A DNA stretch of 64,000 nucleotides from assembly GCA_047947115.1 (NCBI GenBank), contig CP170459.1, forward strand, positions 3,520,001 to 3,584,000. The letters run 5' to 3'. The position numbers were made by a program, and so were the translations under genes. This stretch comes from Verrucomicrobiota bacterium. Lineage in GTDB: Bacteria; Verrucomicrobiota; Verrucomicrobiia; Limisphaerales; AAA164-E04. The notes beneath the pieces were generated by a model. The model searched no databases. It worked only from the letters and a program-made list of their open reading frames with translations, and was not told the origin of the DNA. Below, one piece after another: positions 30,701 through 40,900 of this stretch (position 1 is its first letter; each line of letters starts with the position of its first letter).

Positions 30701-31088
30701 CTGGGACCGTCTCATTGGGACATGGGTGGATGTGCACAGTGGAGGTAAGGATCTCAAGACCATGTTCGCTTGGAAATTGAAGGATCGGTCCATTGACATC
30801 ACCACCTGGGAGAATCACAAGACCACCGTTTCCTTCATGGCAATGAATGCCCAAAGCAAGGATGTGTTTCAGGTCGGAACAGATAGCCTTGGGGGAAGTT
30901 TTCTTGGCTCTTGGAATTTTGAAGATCGTTCGAAGGCGGTGTTTAATTTGGGTTTTACCAGCCCTGAAGGTGAAGATGGCAGGCTGTCCATCTCCTACAG
31001 ATTCAAATCGGATGACCTGCTGGAATTGACCTTGGGATTTCCTGAGCCGATCCGGTTACAAATGGAAAGAGTCAAAAGAGGGAAATAA
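27795..31088 (+). CDS. Exported YVTN/YncE beta-propeller plus di-heme cytochrome c (peroxidase/MauG-like) protein
   Basis: YVVN..SGTVDVIDA...IPVGLEP repeats; CASCH (29286-29300) and CGDCH (29778-29792); HWDG; signal-like FLAPVAMLLFSVVSHA. Start is 27795 or GTG 27870. Confidence 0.8.
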   Translation: MKLKELLHSDIGVRVLGAVPRGVRFVKIHSLVRSWFLAPVAMLLFSVVSHAEQIGFDTNAMREPLGFTQFLSPHVNPIIVQGKHVYVVNTPSGTVDVIDATSLEVVDRIPVGLEPVSLACRPDGQEIWVSNHVSDSVNVIDINPSRSTCHAVIATIQDLDFQTKSTRSDEPVGIAFANNEKAYIAFSSENKIGVVDITTRRITGYLKIPAQDPRAIAVRHGKLFVIPFESGNKSQLSGGTGKLDAPYETFDAWEHSIAHNNVLSIGHVVDIAKHPNVPDKDLFVFDVETDTLLATVESLGTLLYGLAVDSAGTVYITQTDARNDANGRSGTEKHGLDEMENRAFLNRITKIQFDKASKAEVSFIELEPLPPDHPDREMALATPYAIQISGDDRTLLVTASGSDKVFSVETETGNILGRTDTGSVPEGLALECSEDGKPRRGWVLDAVGNSVSIFDVENPSDLKQLANIELIDPTPSKIKKGRAAFETASASTTATFSCASCHPNGHTDQLLWVLKTPVVTGGNQIMPRSTMPIRGLRDTEPYHWDGIPGDPYGGIHSASVRKAVPPNSELGKPETSARHLIDGGLEGTMRLQSDTRSNDEGKLGELSKAERDAMAEFILSVSYPPAQRRAFDDQLSSRARRGFDLFHVRGDNDPGKPRPNVCGDCHRMPYWVSTNTPGTGMDAPTWRGAYDRWLILPQGRLNIIDFNFYGDIADQGVPEEKLWRFSWGGRERFHPVWDMVLEGSTGYSGALGRQWTMDQSTVKSPMNDLLLDALEQSDRAGSTVLQMEGVVTGDQGSMKLSLSYQPVGEEGVYVTSDGARTVYSRDHLTQLALNGALTGTFTARPPKGLNGRQIQPALWTRGPIQKQRGRQDFPVVYPASLSMEFSGRHIRADAEWLVDGSPAKGNWNMSGEDVSLTLDQLPEPGLHFLQVMNPEGLLSNEFLFHVSLEKPSKRIPKSDSLAAKLREKGWDRLIGTWVDVHSGGKDLKTMFAWKLKDRSIDITTWENHKTTVSFMAMNAQSKDVFQVGTDSLGGSFLGSWNFEDRSKAVFNLGFTSPEGEDGRLSISYRFKSDDLLELTLGFPEPIRLQMERVKRGK

Positions 31089-31132
31089 GGTTCGATGAGT
31101 GACCCGGCAACGAGTCTTTCAAAAAGAATGCC

Positions 31133-31543
31133 ATGAAACCATTAGCAAACACGAAATTGCCATACCTGTTGGTCGGATTACTCGCTTTGGGAGTTGCGTG
31201 GTGGTTGATGGGACGTGAAACCACCGAACCCATTCCGGTGTTCAAAGATGAAGCCGAAGCACGGACTTACCTTGGATCACAGGTGGCCGACGGTCACATG
31301 ACCCAGGTGGAGGCTCAGTTAAGGCTGGCAGAATCCATCTCCACCATCAAGAAACGGGATCGAAAAGCCGACTGGCAAAAGGCATTCGCTGAAAAAATGA
31401 AAGAAACCATGAATGAAAGGAATGTCTCTGAGGAGGAAGCCAAGGAGATGTTGACGGAAGATTTGAAGAATCGAAAAGGTAAAAGTAAAGCGAAATCTGG
31501 CGCCGAGAAGAAGAAGGTCGATGGTAATCCAGAAACAAAATAA
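31133..31543 (+). CDS. Hypothetical single-TM, Lys/Glu-rich protein
   Basis: 136 aa ORF filling the gap, N-terminal hydrophobic helix. Confidence 0.7.
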   Translation: MKPLANTKLPYLLVGLLALGVAWWLMGRETTEPIPVFKDEAEARTYLGSQVADGHMTQVEAQLRLAESISTIKKRDRKADWQKAFAEKMKETMNERNVSEEEAKEMLTEDLKNRKGKSKAKSGAEKKKVDGNPETK

Positions 31544-31592
31544 AGAATCATCTGTCTGATCGAAGGTTTTACCCTTCCTTCATGAAAGTCAC

Positions 31593-32318
31593 ATGCATAC
31601 TTTCGAACCAAACAAATCCAAAAAAGGGATCGAATCAGCATTCACTCTCATTGAGCTTTTGGTGGTGATTGCCATCATCGGAGTGCTGGCGGGTATTTTG
31701 CTGCCATCATTGTCCAAAGCCAAAGCACGCGCCAAGCGGACCCAGTGTCTGAGTCAGGTGAGGCAGATTCAACTTGCCGTCCGGATGTACGCTGATGATC
31801 ATGACGACCACCTCCCGCCGCGTTCGTATCAGTCCGGGGCGGTCTGGATGGATTTATTGCAATCCTACTATCAAAACCGGGGGATCTTGCATTGCCCCGT
31901 GGATCGGGGAGAGGTCGAAACCAGTTACTTGTTCAACGGATTTCTGGACTATTTCGCGGTTGAATCTTTCCAGGGAGATTGGAATGCGTTCTTCGGTGCT
32001 TACAAATCGGGCGGGTTCCCCGGAATGAAACTGACCGCCGTTTTTGAACCGTCGAGCACGATCCTGATCGGTGAACGAAAGGCTGATTCAAATGAAGATG
32101 CCTACATGGATATTTGGCCTCCCGAATATGGGAGTGATCACTTGACCGAAGTGGCCCATGGAAAACACGGGGCTGATGCCTCAGGACGAGGGGGAGGATC
32201 AAATTATGGTTTTGTGGATGGCAGCGCGAAATACCTCAAGTTTGGAGAGGCTTTCAGTCCCTTGAACCTTTGGGCGGTTACCGAAAGCTTTCGCCAAGCA
32301 TCGCTGCCCGAGTTATAG
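31593..32318 (+). CDS. Prepilin-type N-terminal cleavage/methylation protein with H-X9-DG-type C-terminus (DUF1559-like)
   Basis: [25 protein letters not shown]...CLSQVRQI; C-terminal H...GSNYGFVDG. Confidence 0.88.
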   Translation: MHTFEPNKSKKGIESAFTLIELLVVIAIIGVLAGILLPSLSKAKARAKRTQCLSQVRQIQLAVRMYADDHDDHLPPRSYQSGAVWMDLLQSYYQNRGILHCPVDRGEVETSYLFNGFLDYFAVESFQGDWNAFFGAYKSGGFPGMKLTAVFEPSSTILIGERKADSNEDAYMDIWPPEYGSDHLTEVAHGKHGADASGRGGGSNYGFVDGSAKYLKFGEAFSPLNLWAVTESFRQASLPEL

Positions 32319-32330
32319 ATGGGTTTGCCT

Positions 32331-32934
32331 CTCCGGTAGGGCCCGCTGCCGCGGGGCTGTGAGCGCGAAAGGGATATGGAGATGACGTTGGCGAGATGCG
32401 GACGCGTTGGCGGACGCGCAGCAGCGCATCCCTACCGACGTCAGAGCCTCCGGCTCCGGTAGGGCCCCGCTGCTGCGGGGCTGTGAGCGCGAAAGGGGTA
32501 TGGGGATGACGTTGGCGAGATGCGGACCCGTTGGCGGACGCGCAGCAGCGCATCCCTACCGACGTCAGAGCCTCCGGCTCCGGTAGGGCCCCGCTGCTGC
32601 GGGGCTGTGAGCGCGAAAGGGGTATGGGGATGACATTGGCGAGATGCGGACCCGTTGGCGGACGCGCAGCAGCGCATCCCTACCGACGTCAGAGCCTCCG
32701 GCTCCGGTAGGGCCCCGCTGCTGCGGGGCTGTGAGCGCGAAAGGGGTATGGGGATGACATTGGCGAGATGCGGACCCGTTGGCGGACGCGCAGCAGCGCA
32801 TCCCTACCGATGTCAGAGCCTCAGGCTCCGGTAGGGCCCCGCTGCTGCGGGGCTGTGAGCGCGAAAGGGGTATGGGGATGACGTTGGCGAGATGCGGACC
32901 CGTTGGCGGACGCGCAGCAGCGCATCCCTACCGA
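32331..32934. repeat. Tandem array of ~5 x 124 bp REP doublets (REPIN/BIME-like)
   Basis: Units start at 32331, 32454, 32578, 32702 and 32826; each has GTAG-GGCCCCGC-TGCT-GCGGGGC and an inverted GTAG-GGATGCGC-TGCT-GCGCGTCC (unit 1 slightly variant). Confidence 0.9.
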
Positions 32935-33017
32935 TCACGCTGTGTTTATTCTGGTCTGAATTATGGTCAGGAATTAATGTTACCGCCCTCGTTGGCATGG
33001 GAAGTAATGCTTTGAAA

Positions 33018-34229
33018 ATGTTAGATAACTTAAACAGAAACAAGATTTGGAATGAAAGTCGATGGCTTGGCCTGCTTGCCGTGCTTTTGGTGATGTTCTC
33101 ATCGGGCTGCGGTTCCGACAAAGAAGATAAAGCAAAAGAGGAAGCAGCCAAGGCCAAGGCGGCGAATGCGGCCAAGGTGAAACCGGTGTTGGTGGAATTG
33201 GCCGAGGTCAAGCGTGGCAAGATTGAGGAGATCCTCGAGCGTTCCGCCGCGTTGCAGGCCGAGGAACAGGTGCTGGTGTTGGCGCGAGCTCAGAATCCGG
33301 CGATCGAATTGTTGGCTGAGGAAGGGGATCTGGTGGAGAAAGATCAGGTGATTCTGAGGCTGGAGAATGACAGTCAACGCACCAATTATAACCAGGCAAA
33401 GAGCCAGTCCGATAAGGCGAAGATCGAGTTTGACCGCATTGAGAAGCTCTACAACCAAAGTCTCATCAGCGAATCGGAATACGTGAACGCCCGGTTTGCT
33501 CATGATCAGGCAAAACTGGCGGAAGAGGAAGCCAAGCGCCAGTTCGAATACACCGAAGTGAAGGCCCCCATCAAGGGGACGATCACCAGCCGAACCGTCA
33601 AGGTGGGAGACAAGGTGACCACGGGGACGCCGATCTTTGAGATCATTGATCTGGATTCCACGGTGGCGGTCATTCATGTGCCCGAACAGTATCTTCCAAA
33701 ACTGAAGCAGGGCATGTCGGCTCGATTGATCTCCAGCACACTGGGGGATGCCGTGTTCAAGGGATACGTGAAACGCATTTCTCCGGTGGTTGATGCGGAA
33801 GCCGGAACGGTGAAAGTCGTGGTGGGAGTCAAGAATCGTGGTGCTTTGTCGCCGGGAATGTGGGTCAATGTCGAGCTTGTGTTGGATGAAAATGAAAACG
33901 CCATCCTGATTCCCAAACGTGCCATCACCTATTCCGTCGACCAAACCTTTGCATTTACCATCTATACAGACACCAACGGAGTTCGCCGCGCCGAAAGAAA
34001 ACGAGTGGAACCCCGCAACGCGGACAAGGAAAACATCGAACCCATGAACGGGTTCAAGGAAGGGGACATCATTGTTGTGGCCGGTCAGGCGGGGCTCAAA
34101 GAAGACTCGCCGATACGTGAATTGGGTGAAAAGATAACTGAGACTTCAGAAGCAGTTTCACCGGAATCAGCAGATGCGCTTGCAAAGCAGGCATTCAAGT
34201 CAAAGGCCAAATCCAAAGCCTCCAAGTAA
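33018..34229 (+). CDS. RND efflux membrane fusion (periplasmic adaptor) lipoprotein
   Basis: Lipobox FSSGC, EEGDLVEKDQ, EVKAPIKG, GMWVNV. Confidence 0.9.
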   Translation: MLDNLNRNKIWNESRWLGLLAVLLVMFSSGCGSDKEDKAKEEAAKAKAANAAKVKPVLVELAEVKRGKIEEILERSAALQAEEQVLVLARAQNPAIELLAEEGDLVEKDQVILRLENDSQRTNYNQAKSQSDKAKIEFDRIEKLYNQSLISESEYVNARFAHDQAKLAEEEAKRQFEYTEVKAPIKGTITSRTVKVGDKVTTGTPIFEIIDLDSTVAVIHVPEQYLPKLKQGMSARLISSTLGDAVFKGYVKRISPVVDAEAGTVKVVVGVKNRGALSPGMWVNVELVLDENENAILIPKRAITYSVDQTFAFTIYTDTNGVRRAERKRVEPRNADKENIEPMNGFKEGDIIVVAGQAGLKEDSPIRELGEKITETSEAVSPESADALAKQAFKSKAKSKASK

Positions 34230-34247
34230 ACGCCGTCATTCTTTCCC

Positions 34248-37200
34248 ATGGAGACGAAACCCCGTCAGCCTAATTTTACAACGGACCGTCCTGTTGCGGT
34301 GTTGATGGTGTTTCTTGCCGCGGTCGTGTTCGGCTATTTTTCGCTGGGACGTCTTCCGGTGACCTTGATGCCTGAGATGAGTTATCCCACCTTGACCGTC
34401 CGAACCGAATACCCCGGCGCGGCGCCTGAAGAAGTGGAAAATGACATCAGTCGGCGCATTGAAGAACAGTTGGGCGTGGTCAGCGGCTTGAATGAAATCA
34501 GCAGCATCAGCCGGGCGGGTGTGAGTGACGTGGTGCTGGAGTTCACGTGGGGCACCTCCATGGTGGATGCCATCCAAAACACGCTCGAGAAGCTGGACAC
34601 CGTGCGTTTGCCAAGAGGCGCGGAAAAGCCCTTGCTGCTTCATTATGATCCGTCACTGGATCCCGTGATGGAACTCAGTCTTTCAACAAGACTGACCGAT
34701 GAGACGTGTGATGCTTCAATTGATCAAAGTGCCACTGGCACCATTGATTTTTCCAGTGCAAGGAGATTACGTCGCATCGCCGAACTTCAGGTCAAGCGCG
34801 CGCTAGAACCGATCAAGGGAGTGGCCGCTGCCCGGGTTCGCGGAGGGTTGGAGGAGGAGATTCACGTGCTGGTTGATGCCGATCAATTGCAGCGAGCCAA
34901 CCTTTCCATCAACCAGGTCATCAATCGGCTCGGAGCGGAAAATATCAATGCCGCGGGTGGTCGCATTCGTGAGGGTGAGGCGGAATACATGATCCGAACC
35001 ATCAATGAATATCAGGATTTGGAGGAAATCGCTGACACCATTGTTCTCCGTCGCGAAGGAAAGGAAATCCGTTTGAAGGATATTGGCCAGGTTGTCTATG
35101 GACAACGCGATCGTGAGATGCTGACCCGTACCAATGGTGGGGAGAGTGTTCAGATCGATGTTTACAAGGAAGCGGATTCCAACATGGTGCAGGTGGCTGA
35201 ACGCATCAAGGCTGCCGTCGGGTCCGTCAAAGACGGAAGACGAAAGAGTATCTCCGGGAAGTTGGCGGCTGAAGAAGGTGTCGAACTTCAGGTGGTGGCC
35301 GATCGTTCCATCTTTATCGACAACAGTATCAATGAAGTCAAAAGCACCGCCATCATGGGCGGCTTCCTGGCGATCGTTGTTCTGTTGGTTTTTTTGAGAG
35401 ATCTGCGCACGACTTCCATCATCGCTGTCAGTATTCCGATTTCCATTTTCGTGACCTTTGCACCGCTCAATATTCTGGGTGTTTCGTTGAATATCATGTC
35501 CTTGGGCGGACTGGCTATGGGGATTGGGATGTTGGTGGACTCATCCATTGTGGTGCTGGAATCCATCTATCGCTGCCGAGAAGAAGGCGATGACATGCGC
35601 GCCGCAGCCATTCGCGGTACTCGTGAAGTCAGGGGGGCGGTCATTGCGTCCACTTTAACGTCCATTTGTGTCTTTTTTCCCATGGTGTTCGTGGAAGGGA
35701 TGGCGGGTCAGGTGTTCGGAGATCTTGGGTTGACTGTCGTGACTTCGCTCCTTGCTTCTTTGGTGGTCGCGGTGTTGTTCATTCCCATGTTGGCCAGTCG
35801 GACGGGCTTGAAGTTGAAGGAAGGCGTTGGTTTGGGTGAGCATCCATTGGGCGGTTTTGCCGGGAGGATTAGACTGATTTCCTTTTTGGTGCGTTTTTTG
35901 GTTCCTATGGTAGGATGGTTGATGGGGATGATTGGGGTGGCGATATTGATCGTTTTCATCACCCATTGGCTCGCCGACAACCCGGATCCCCAGGCGCGTC
36001 CTGACTACGTATCCGTTTCCTGGAGCGTTGCGAAATACTGGCTTTGGTTCAGTGTGCTGCCTTGCCTGGTGGCCTTGTCAAAGATCAGGATGAATCCCGA
36101 GCATCCGAAAGGGGAGACCTTGGCCGATTTATGGGGTGGTATTGGTTTGTTTCTAAAGGGGTGGCGACGAGGCGGGTTGCCGTTTTTCTTGTCCTTGCCT
36201 TATCAGTGTGTTCGATTGCCTTTGACCATGACATTGGAGGTGGTTGGTTTCAATCTGGTTTGGGTGATTCGTGCGTTGGCGGGTGCGTCTTGCCTGCTTT
36301 TCGCCTGCATAAACTGGCTCAGACATGTGTTTGAGAGGAAGTCTTCAGAAGGTGAGACTGATCATGCCAGAGGGTTTTACCCGAGCATCCTGCGCTGGGG
36401 ACTGGCTCATCCTCCTGCCATTTTGTTGTTGGCGTTGGGATGTTTTGTTCTGACTTGGGCTGTGGGGCGAACGCTTCAATCCGAACTCCTGCCGGAGGTG
36501 CATCAAAGTGAACTAACCTTTGAAGTCGCCCTTCCTGTTGGAACGCCTCTGGAAGAAACCATCACTACGCTGGATCATATCGAAGACGAAGTTTTGGAGC
36601 ATAAGGAAGATCTGGGGATTGAAACATTGCTGGTGATGTATGGATTCGATACGACCAACATGAAAAACTCCGATGAGGGGGAACACTCGGCCAAATTCAA
36701 AATATTGCTCAAGGCATCCGAACACCCCAAGCTAGCCGAGGAGAAGGTTGTGTCGCAGATGCGCGCGATGTTCGAAAATGTACCGGATATCAATACCCGG
36801 GTCACGCGGCCGGTGCTGTTCAGTTCCAAAAAACCTGTGGTCATTCAGATCAATGGAGAGGACTTGGTTGAATTGAAGCAGTATTCCGATGAAGCCACCG
36901 GATTGCTGGTGCAATCCCCTGAGCTGGCTGATGTGGAACCTACCTTGCGCAGTGGTGCTCCGGAGTTGCAGATCTCCTATGATCGGCATCAAATCATGCG
37001 GCACGGATTGACTATTCAATCCGTGGCAAATCAGGTGCGGGATATGGTCAAGGGATCCGAGGCCACCCGTCTCAATCGCAAGGACAAACGTGTGCCCATC
37101 GTTGTGCGGCTGGCTGAGGAGGACCGGCAGGCAGTGGATGATGTCAGTCAATTGATCGTGAACCCGGGGCGTCCCACTCCGATCCCCTTGAGCGCGGTGG

Positions 37201-37922
37201 CTCAGGTGCACGTCGGCGAGGGCCCCAGTGAGATTCGTCGCATCGACGGCAAACGGGTGGCGCTTGTCCAAGCCAATATCGGGGGAGGTTCGCTCGGGGC
37301 CGCCGTGGACACCGCCAAGTCGACCTTGAACACCCAGATGATCTGGCCGGATTACATGGACTTTCTCATCACAGGACAGAATCAGGAATGGGAACGCAGT
37401 CGGGCGAGCTTGTATCTGGCGCTGGGGTTGAGCCTGTTTCTTGTTTACGTGATCATGGCGTCGCAATTCGAATCCTTGCTCCAACCGTTCATCATCATGT
37501 TCACCATTCCGATGGCGTTTGTGGGAACGATCATCGGATTGAAAGCATTGGGGATGAATTTTTCTGTGGTGGTGTTTCTTGGATTGATCATGCTGGCGGG
37601 GATCGTGGTGAATAATGCCATTGTGTTGGTGGATTATACCAACACCTTGCGAGAGCGCGGTCTTTCCCTGGAGGAATCGATTGTAACGGCCTGCCATGTG
37701 CGGCTGCGTCCTATCTTGATGACCACGGCCACCACGGTGCTGGGTCTGTTTCCGATGGCACTGGGGCTGGGGGATGGTGCTGAGATTCGAACGCCGATGG
37801 CCATTACCGTGATCTGTGGACTTTTGACATCCACCTTGCTGACCCTTTTGATTATTCCAACCATTTATTACCTGATGGGGCAGGCTGGCGAACGGCTGTT
37901 TCACGCGACCGATCAATCATGA
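34248..37922 (+). CDS. RND permease (AcrB/AcrD/AcrF family) with a central insertion
   Basis: RPVAV, YPGAAPEEVE, GMLVDSSIVV, GIVVNNAIV, RLRPILMT. Confidence 0.93.
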   Translation: METKPRQPNFTTDRPVAVLMVFLAAVVFGYFSLGRLPVTLMPEMSYPTLTVRTEYPGAAPEEVENDISRRIEEQLGVVSGLNEISSISRAGVSDVVLEFTWGTSMVDAIQNTLEKLDTVRLPRGAEKPLLLHYDPSLDPVMELSLSTRLTDETCDASIDQSATGTIDFSSARRLRRIAELQVKRALEPIKGVAAARVRGGLEEEIHVLVDADQLQRANLSINQVINRLGAENINAAGGRIREGEAEYMIRTINEYQDLEEIADTIVLRREGKEIRLKDIGQVVYGQRDREMLTRTNGGESVQIDVYKEADSNMVQVAERIKAAVGSVKDGRRKSISGKLAAEEGVELQVVADRSIFIDNSINEVKSTAIMGGFLAIVVLLVFLRDLRTTSIIAVSIPISIFVTFAPLNILGVSLNIMSLGGLAMGIGMLVDSSIVVLESIYRCREEGDDMRAAAIRGTREVRGAVIASTLTSICVFFPMVFVEGMAGQVFGDLGLTVVTSLLASLVVAVLFIPMLASRTGLKLKEGVGLGEHPLGGFAGRIRLISFLVRFLVPMVGWLMGMIGVAILIVFITHWLADNPDPQARPDYVSVSWSVAKYWLWFSVLPCLVALSKIRMNPEHPKGETLADLWGGIGLFLKGWRRGGLPFFLSLPYQCVRLPLTMTLEVVGFNLVWVIRALAGASCLLFACINWLRHVFERKSSEGETDHARGFYPSILRWGLAHPPAILLLALGCFVLTWAVGRTLQSELLPEVHQSELTFEVALPVGTPLEETITTLDHIEDEVLEHKEDLGIETLLVMYGFDTTNMKNSDEGEHSAKFKILLKASEHPKLAEEKVVSQMRAMFENVPDINTRVTRPVLFSSKKPVVIQINGEDLVELKQYSDEATGLLVQSPELADVEPTLRSGAPELQISYDRHQIMRHGLTIQSVANQVRDMVKGSEATRLNRKDKRVPIVVRLAEEDRQAVDDVSQLIVNPGRPTPIPLSAVAQVHVGEGPSEIRRIDGKRVALVQANIGGGSLGAAVDTAKSTLNTQMIWPDYMDFLITGQNQEWERSRASLYLALGLSLFLVYVIMASQFESLLQPFIIMFTIPMAFVGTIIGLKALGMNFSVVVFLGLIMLAGIVVNNAIVLVDYTNTLRERGLSLEESIVTACHVRLRPILMTTATTVLGLFPMALGLGDGAEIRTPMAITVICGLLTSTLLTLLIIPTIYYLMGQAGERLFHATDQS

Positions 37923-40900
37923 TTTCGGACACGAACAATATGGTGGTCAAGATTGCCCGTTTTTCCATTCGGAGACGGATCACCATGTTCGTCATTTTTC
38001 TCACCATCATTGCCGTCGGGATGATCTCCGCCAACCGGCTTCCGCTTGAAATGAATCCGAGAGGGTTGGAGGGGCATTACATTTCGGTGAACGTGCGCTG
38101 GGATGTGGGTGTGCCTCCGGAAACGATGGACAAGATCGGGCTACCGCTTGAAGAGGAACTCAGTACGGTGCGTGGTCTGGATGAAATGACCACCCATGGT
38201 TACAAGTGGGGTTCCCGTGTGGAAATGAAGTTCAAACAGGGCACCGACATGGACGTGGCCTATCGTGAAGTGCGGGATCGTACTGAACGTGCCCGCCCCC
38301 TCTTCCCGGAGGGCGTGGAGGAACCTTACATCTACAAACACGAACCCGGAGCCGAGCCGGTTGTCAGTTTTCGCATCAGTTATGATCCGGAATCGGATTA
38401 CTACGATTTGATTTACAAATACGTCATCACCCCCATTCAGCGCATCATGGGGGTGGCGGATGTGGATTTCCGGATCTATCGACGTGAAATCAAGATCGAA
38501 GTCGACAAGGAACGGGCGGAAGCCTTTGGAATCAATATCCAGCAACTGGGGCGTGTCTTGCGGTCTGATAATTTCACTCTGGCGAGTGGTCATGTGATTG
38601 ATGGAGGGAAGAAATACACCCTCAAATCCAGCAGTGAATTCAAGACACTGGATCAGATCCGCAACATTCCTTTACAACCGGGTGTGTTCTTGAAGGATAT
38701 CGCATCCATTGTTTACGAACCACAGGAGGCGGAGCGTCTTTACCGCTACAATTCGCAACCAGCCAACGGAATTTCTGTCAAGCGGGAAGGGGAAGCCAAT
38801 ACTGTGGAGGTGAGTCGTTTGGTCAAGGAGACGGTCGAAGAAATTCAGCAGAATCCCAAGTTAGAGGGATTCGATATGAGCATCTACGAGAACCAGGGGG
38901 AAGAAATCATGCAACGCCTGGACAACTTGATCGATAACGGGCAGGTGGGAGCTTTGCTTGCGGCGATGGTGTTGTTTTTCTTTTTACGTCAGTTTCGCCT
39001 GACCGTGATCATTGCCATGGCCATTCCCTTATGTCTGTTGATTGCTTTGGCAGCGATGCATTTTGTGGGACAGACCTTGAACAGCATGACCATCATGGGA
39101 CTGGTAATTTGTGTTGGCTTGCTGGTCGACAACTCGGTGGTGATGGCTGAGAACATTCATCGCCATTACCAGGAAGGCATGTCCCGGATGGAAGCATGCA
39201 TGCGCGGAGTGAGTGAAATCGGATTTGCCATCACCATCGCCACCTTGACGACCCTGATCGTATTCAGTTCCACCCTGGTGGTGGAAGGGGAGATGCGGTT
39301 TTATGCGAAGAACATGACCTTGCCGGTGATCGTGTCCATTGCCGCCTCATTGGGTACGGCGCTGATGTTCATTCCTCTGTGTGTTTATATCACGCTTCCC
39401 AAAGAACGACATCGAGGCACAAGGGATAAGAAGCATTTGTCGGCTTTGCTTGGAAATGTTTTTTACCGGATCTATCATGCCACCTTTGATCGTTTGAATC
39501 ATGCCTACAACGCCGCGTTGAAGTTTTTTCTGACCCGGCGTCTGGATCTGGCGGTCATTTTGATCACTTTGCTTGCCGCTACGTTCACGGTGTCCAAATC
39601 GCTGAATTTCACCGATAAAAAATCCGAAGTGATGCGATATTTCCGCATCCGCGTGAATTTTCCAGACAAATACACGATGGATCAAAGGCTTGCCTATTTC
39701 CGGAAAGTGGAAGCCATTGCCGAGGAGAAAAAGGAGGCATACGGACTGAAGTCCCATGAGGTGCATTATGGGAAATGGTATGGCATGTTCGCCGGTTTTT
39801 TTGCGCCCGACCGGGTGAGTGATCTGACACGTGAGGAAGCGGTTTTCAAGTTGTTTGAAAGTTTCCCCGAGGAACCCGGAGTGAGCGTTCACTATCAGGG
39901 AAAACAGGGCGGAGAGAAGGGGGATAATCGAAAAGACAATCATTACATTCGATTGGTGGGGGATGACCCGGAACAGCTCAAGCAAGTTGCGGAAAGTTTG
40001 AAGCCTACGTTTGAAATGATTCCAGGAGTCGTTTCTCTGATGGCGGAGGATGTCGAGGAAAACGGTCCCAGCGAACTGGCATTGTTGGTGGATCGCAAGA
40101 AAGCCAGCTCACTCGGCGTCAATCCCAGTGTCTTGGCTGGTACCGTGGGAGCGGCGGTTCGAGGTGAAAACCTGCAGCGTTTCAATTACAAGGGTTTCCA
40201 GATCCCGATGCGATTGTTGTTCGAAGAGGAAGATCGGTCTGAATTGGCCGATCTGAACAATTTCCAGATTCCCACTGAGGACGGTCGAGTCAGCACGGTC
40301 GGAGCAGTTACACGATCAGCGTTCCTCGACAATGAAGATGATGCGATCACAAGGCGAAACAAGAAGGTCACCCACTGGTTTGGATTGAAACTCGAGCCCG
40401 GGCCAAACACATGGAAAACAAAGGGAGCGATCGAGCTTGCGAAGCAGGACATCAACCTTCCCGAAGGGGTGTCATTCGATGAAGATCCAAAAACATTCGA
40501 CGATGAAGATCGTAAACAAGGTTCGATGATGTTGATCTTGTCGATTGTGTTTGTGTATATGCTGATGGCCTTTTTCTTTGAAAGCATGTTGATACCTCTA
40601 TCCATCATTCTGACCATTCCTCTGGCGGCCATCGGAGCGGTGATCGCTTTGAAATGGTCCAATGTCTTTATCGACCAGATGGTTTATCTCGGAGCCATGT
40701 TTCTGGTGGGTATTGTGGTCAATAACGGCATTGTTCTTGTGGATTATGCCAACCGTCTTCGGCGCGAAGGGTTCCTTCGGTCGGAAGCGCTGCTCAAGGC
40801 TGCCCGAGATCGTTTTCGTCCGGTTATCATGACTGCCTTGACCACCATCAGCGGCATGATCCCGTTGACCTTTGGATCTTCCGTTGAAATGGGAGTCAAC

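Noticed and set aside
32331..32934. CRISPR array
   Set aside because: The whole 124 bp unit repeats, there are no unique spacers, and no cas genes are present
32966..32994. Third ECF promoter copy before the RND operon (GTCAG...CGTTG)
   Set aside because: Spacer is 19 nt rather than 17 and the -10 element differs
32278..33220. Short minus-strand ORFs, and the N-terminal extension of the MFP ORF from 32892
   Set aside because: They are translations of the REP array; ATG 33018 gives a normal lipoprotein signal
36732..37916. 394 aa minus-strand ORF, and similar antisense ORFs inside large genes
   Set aside because: His/Gln-rich composition typical of the reverse frame of a hydrophobic membrane-protein gene
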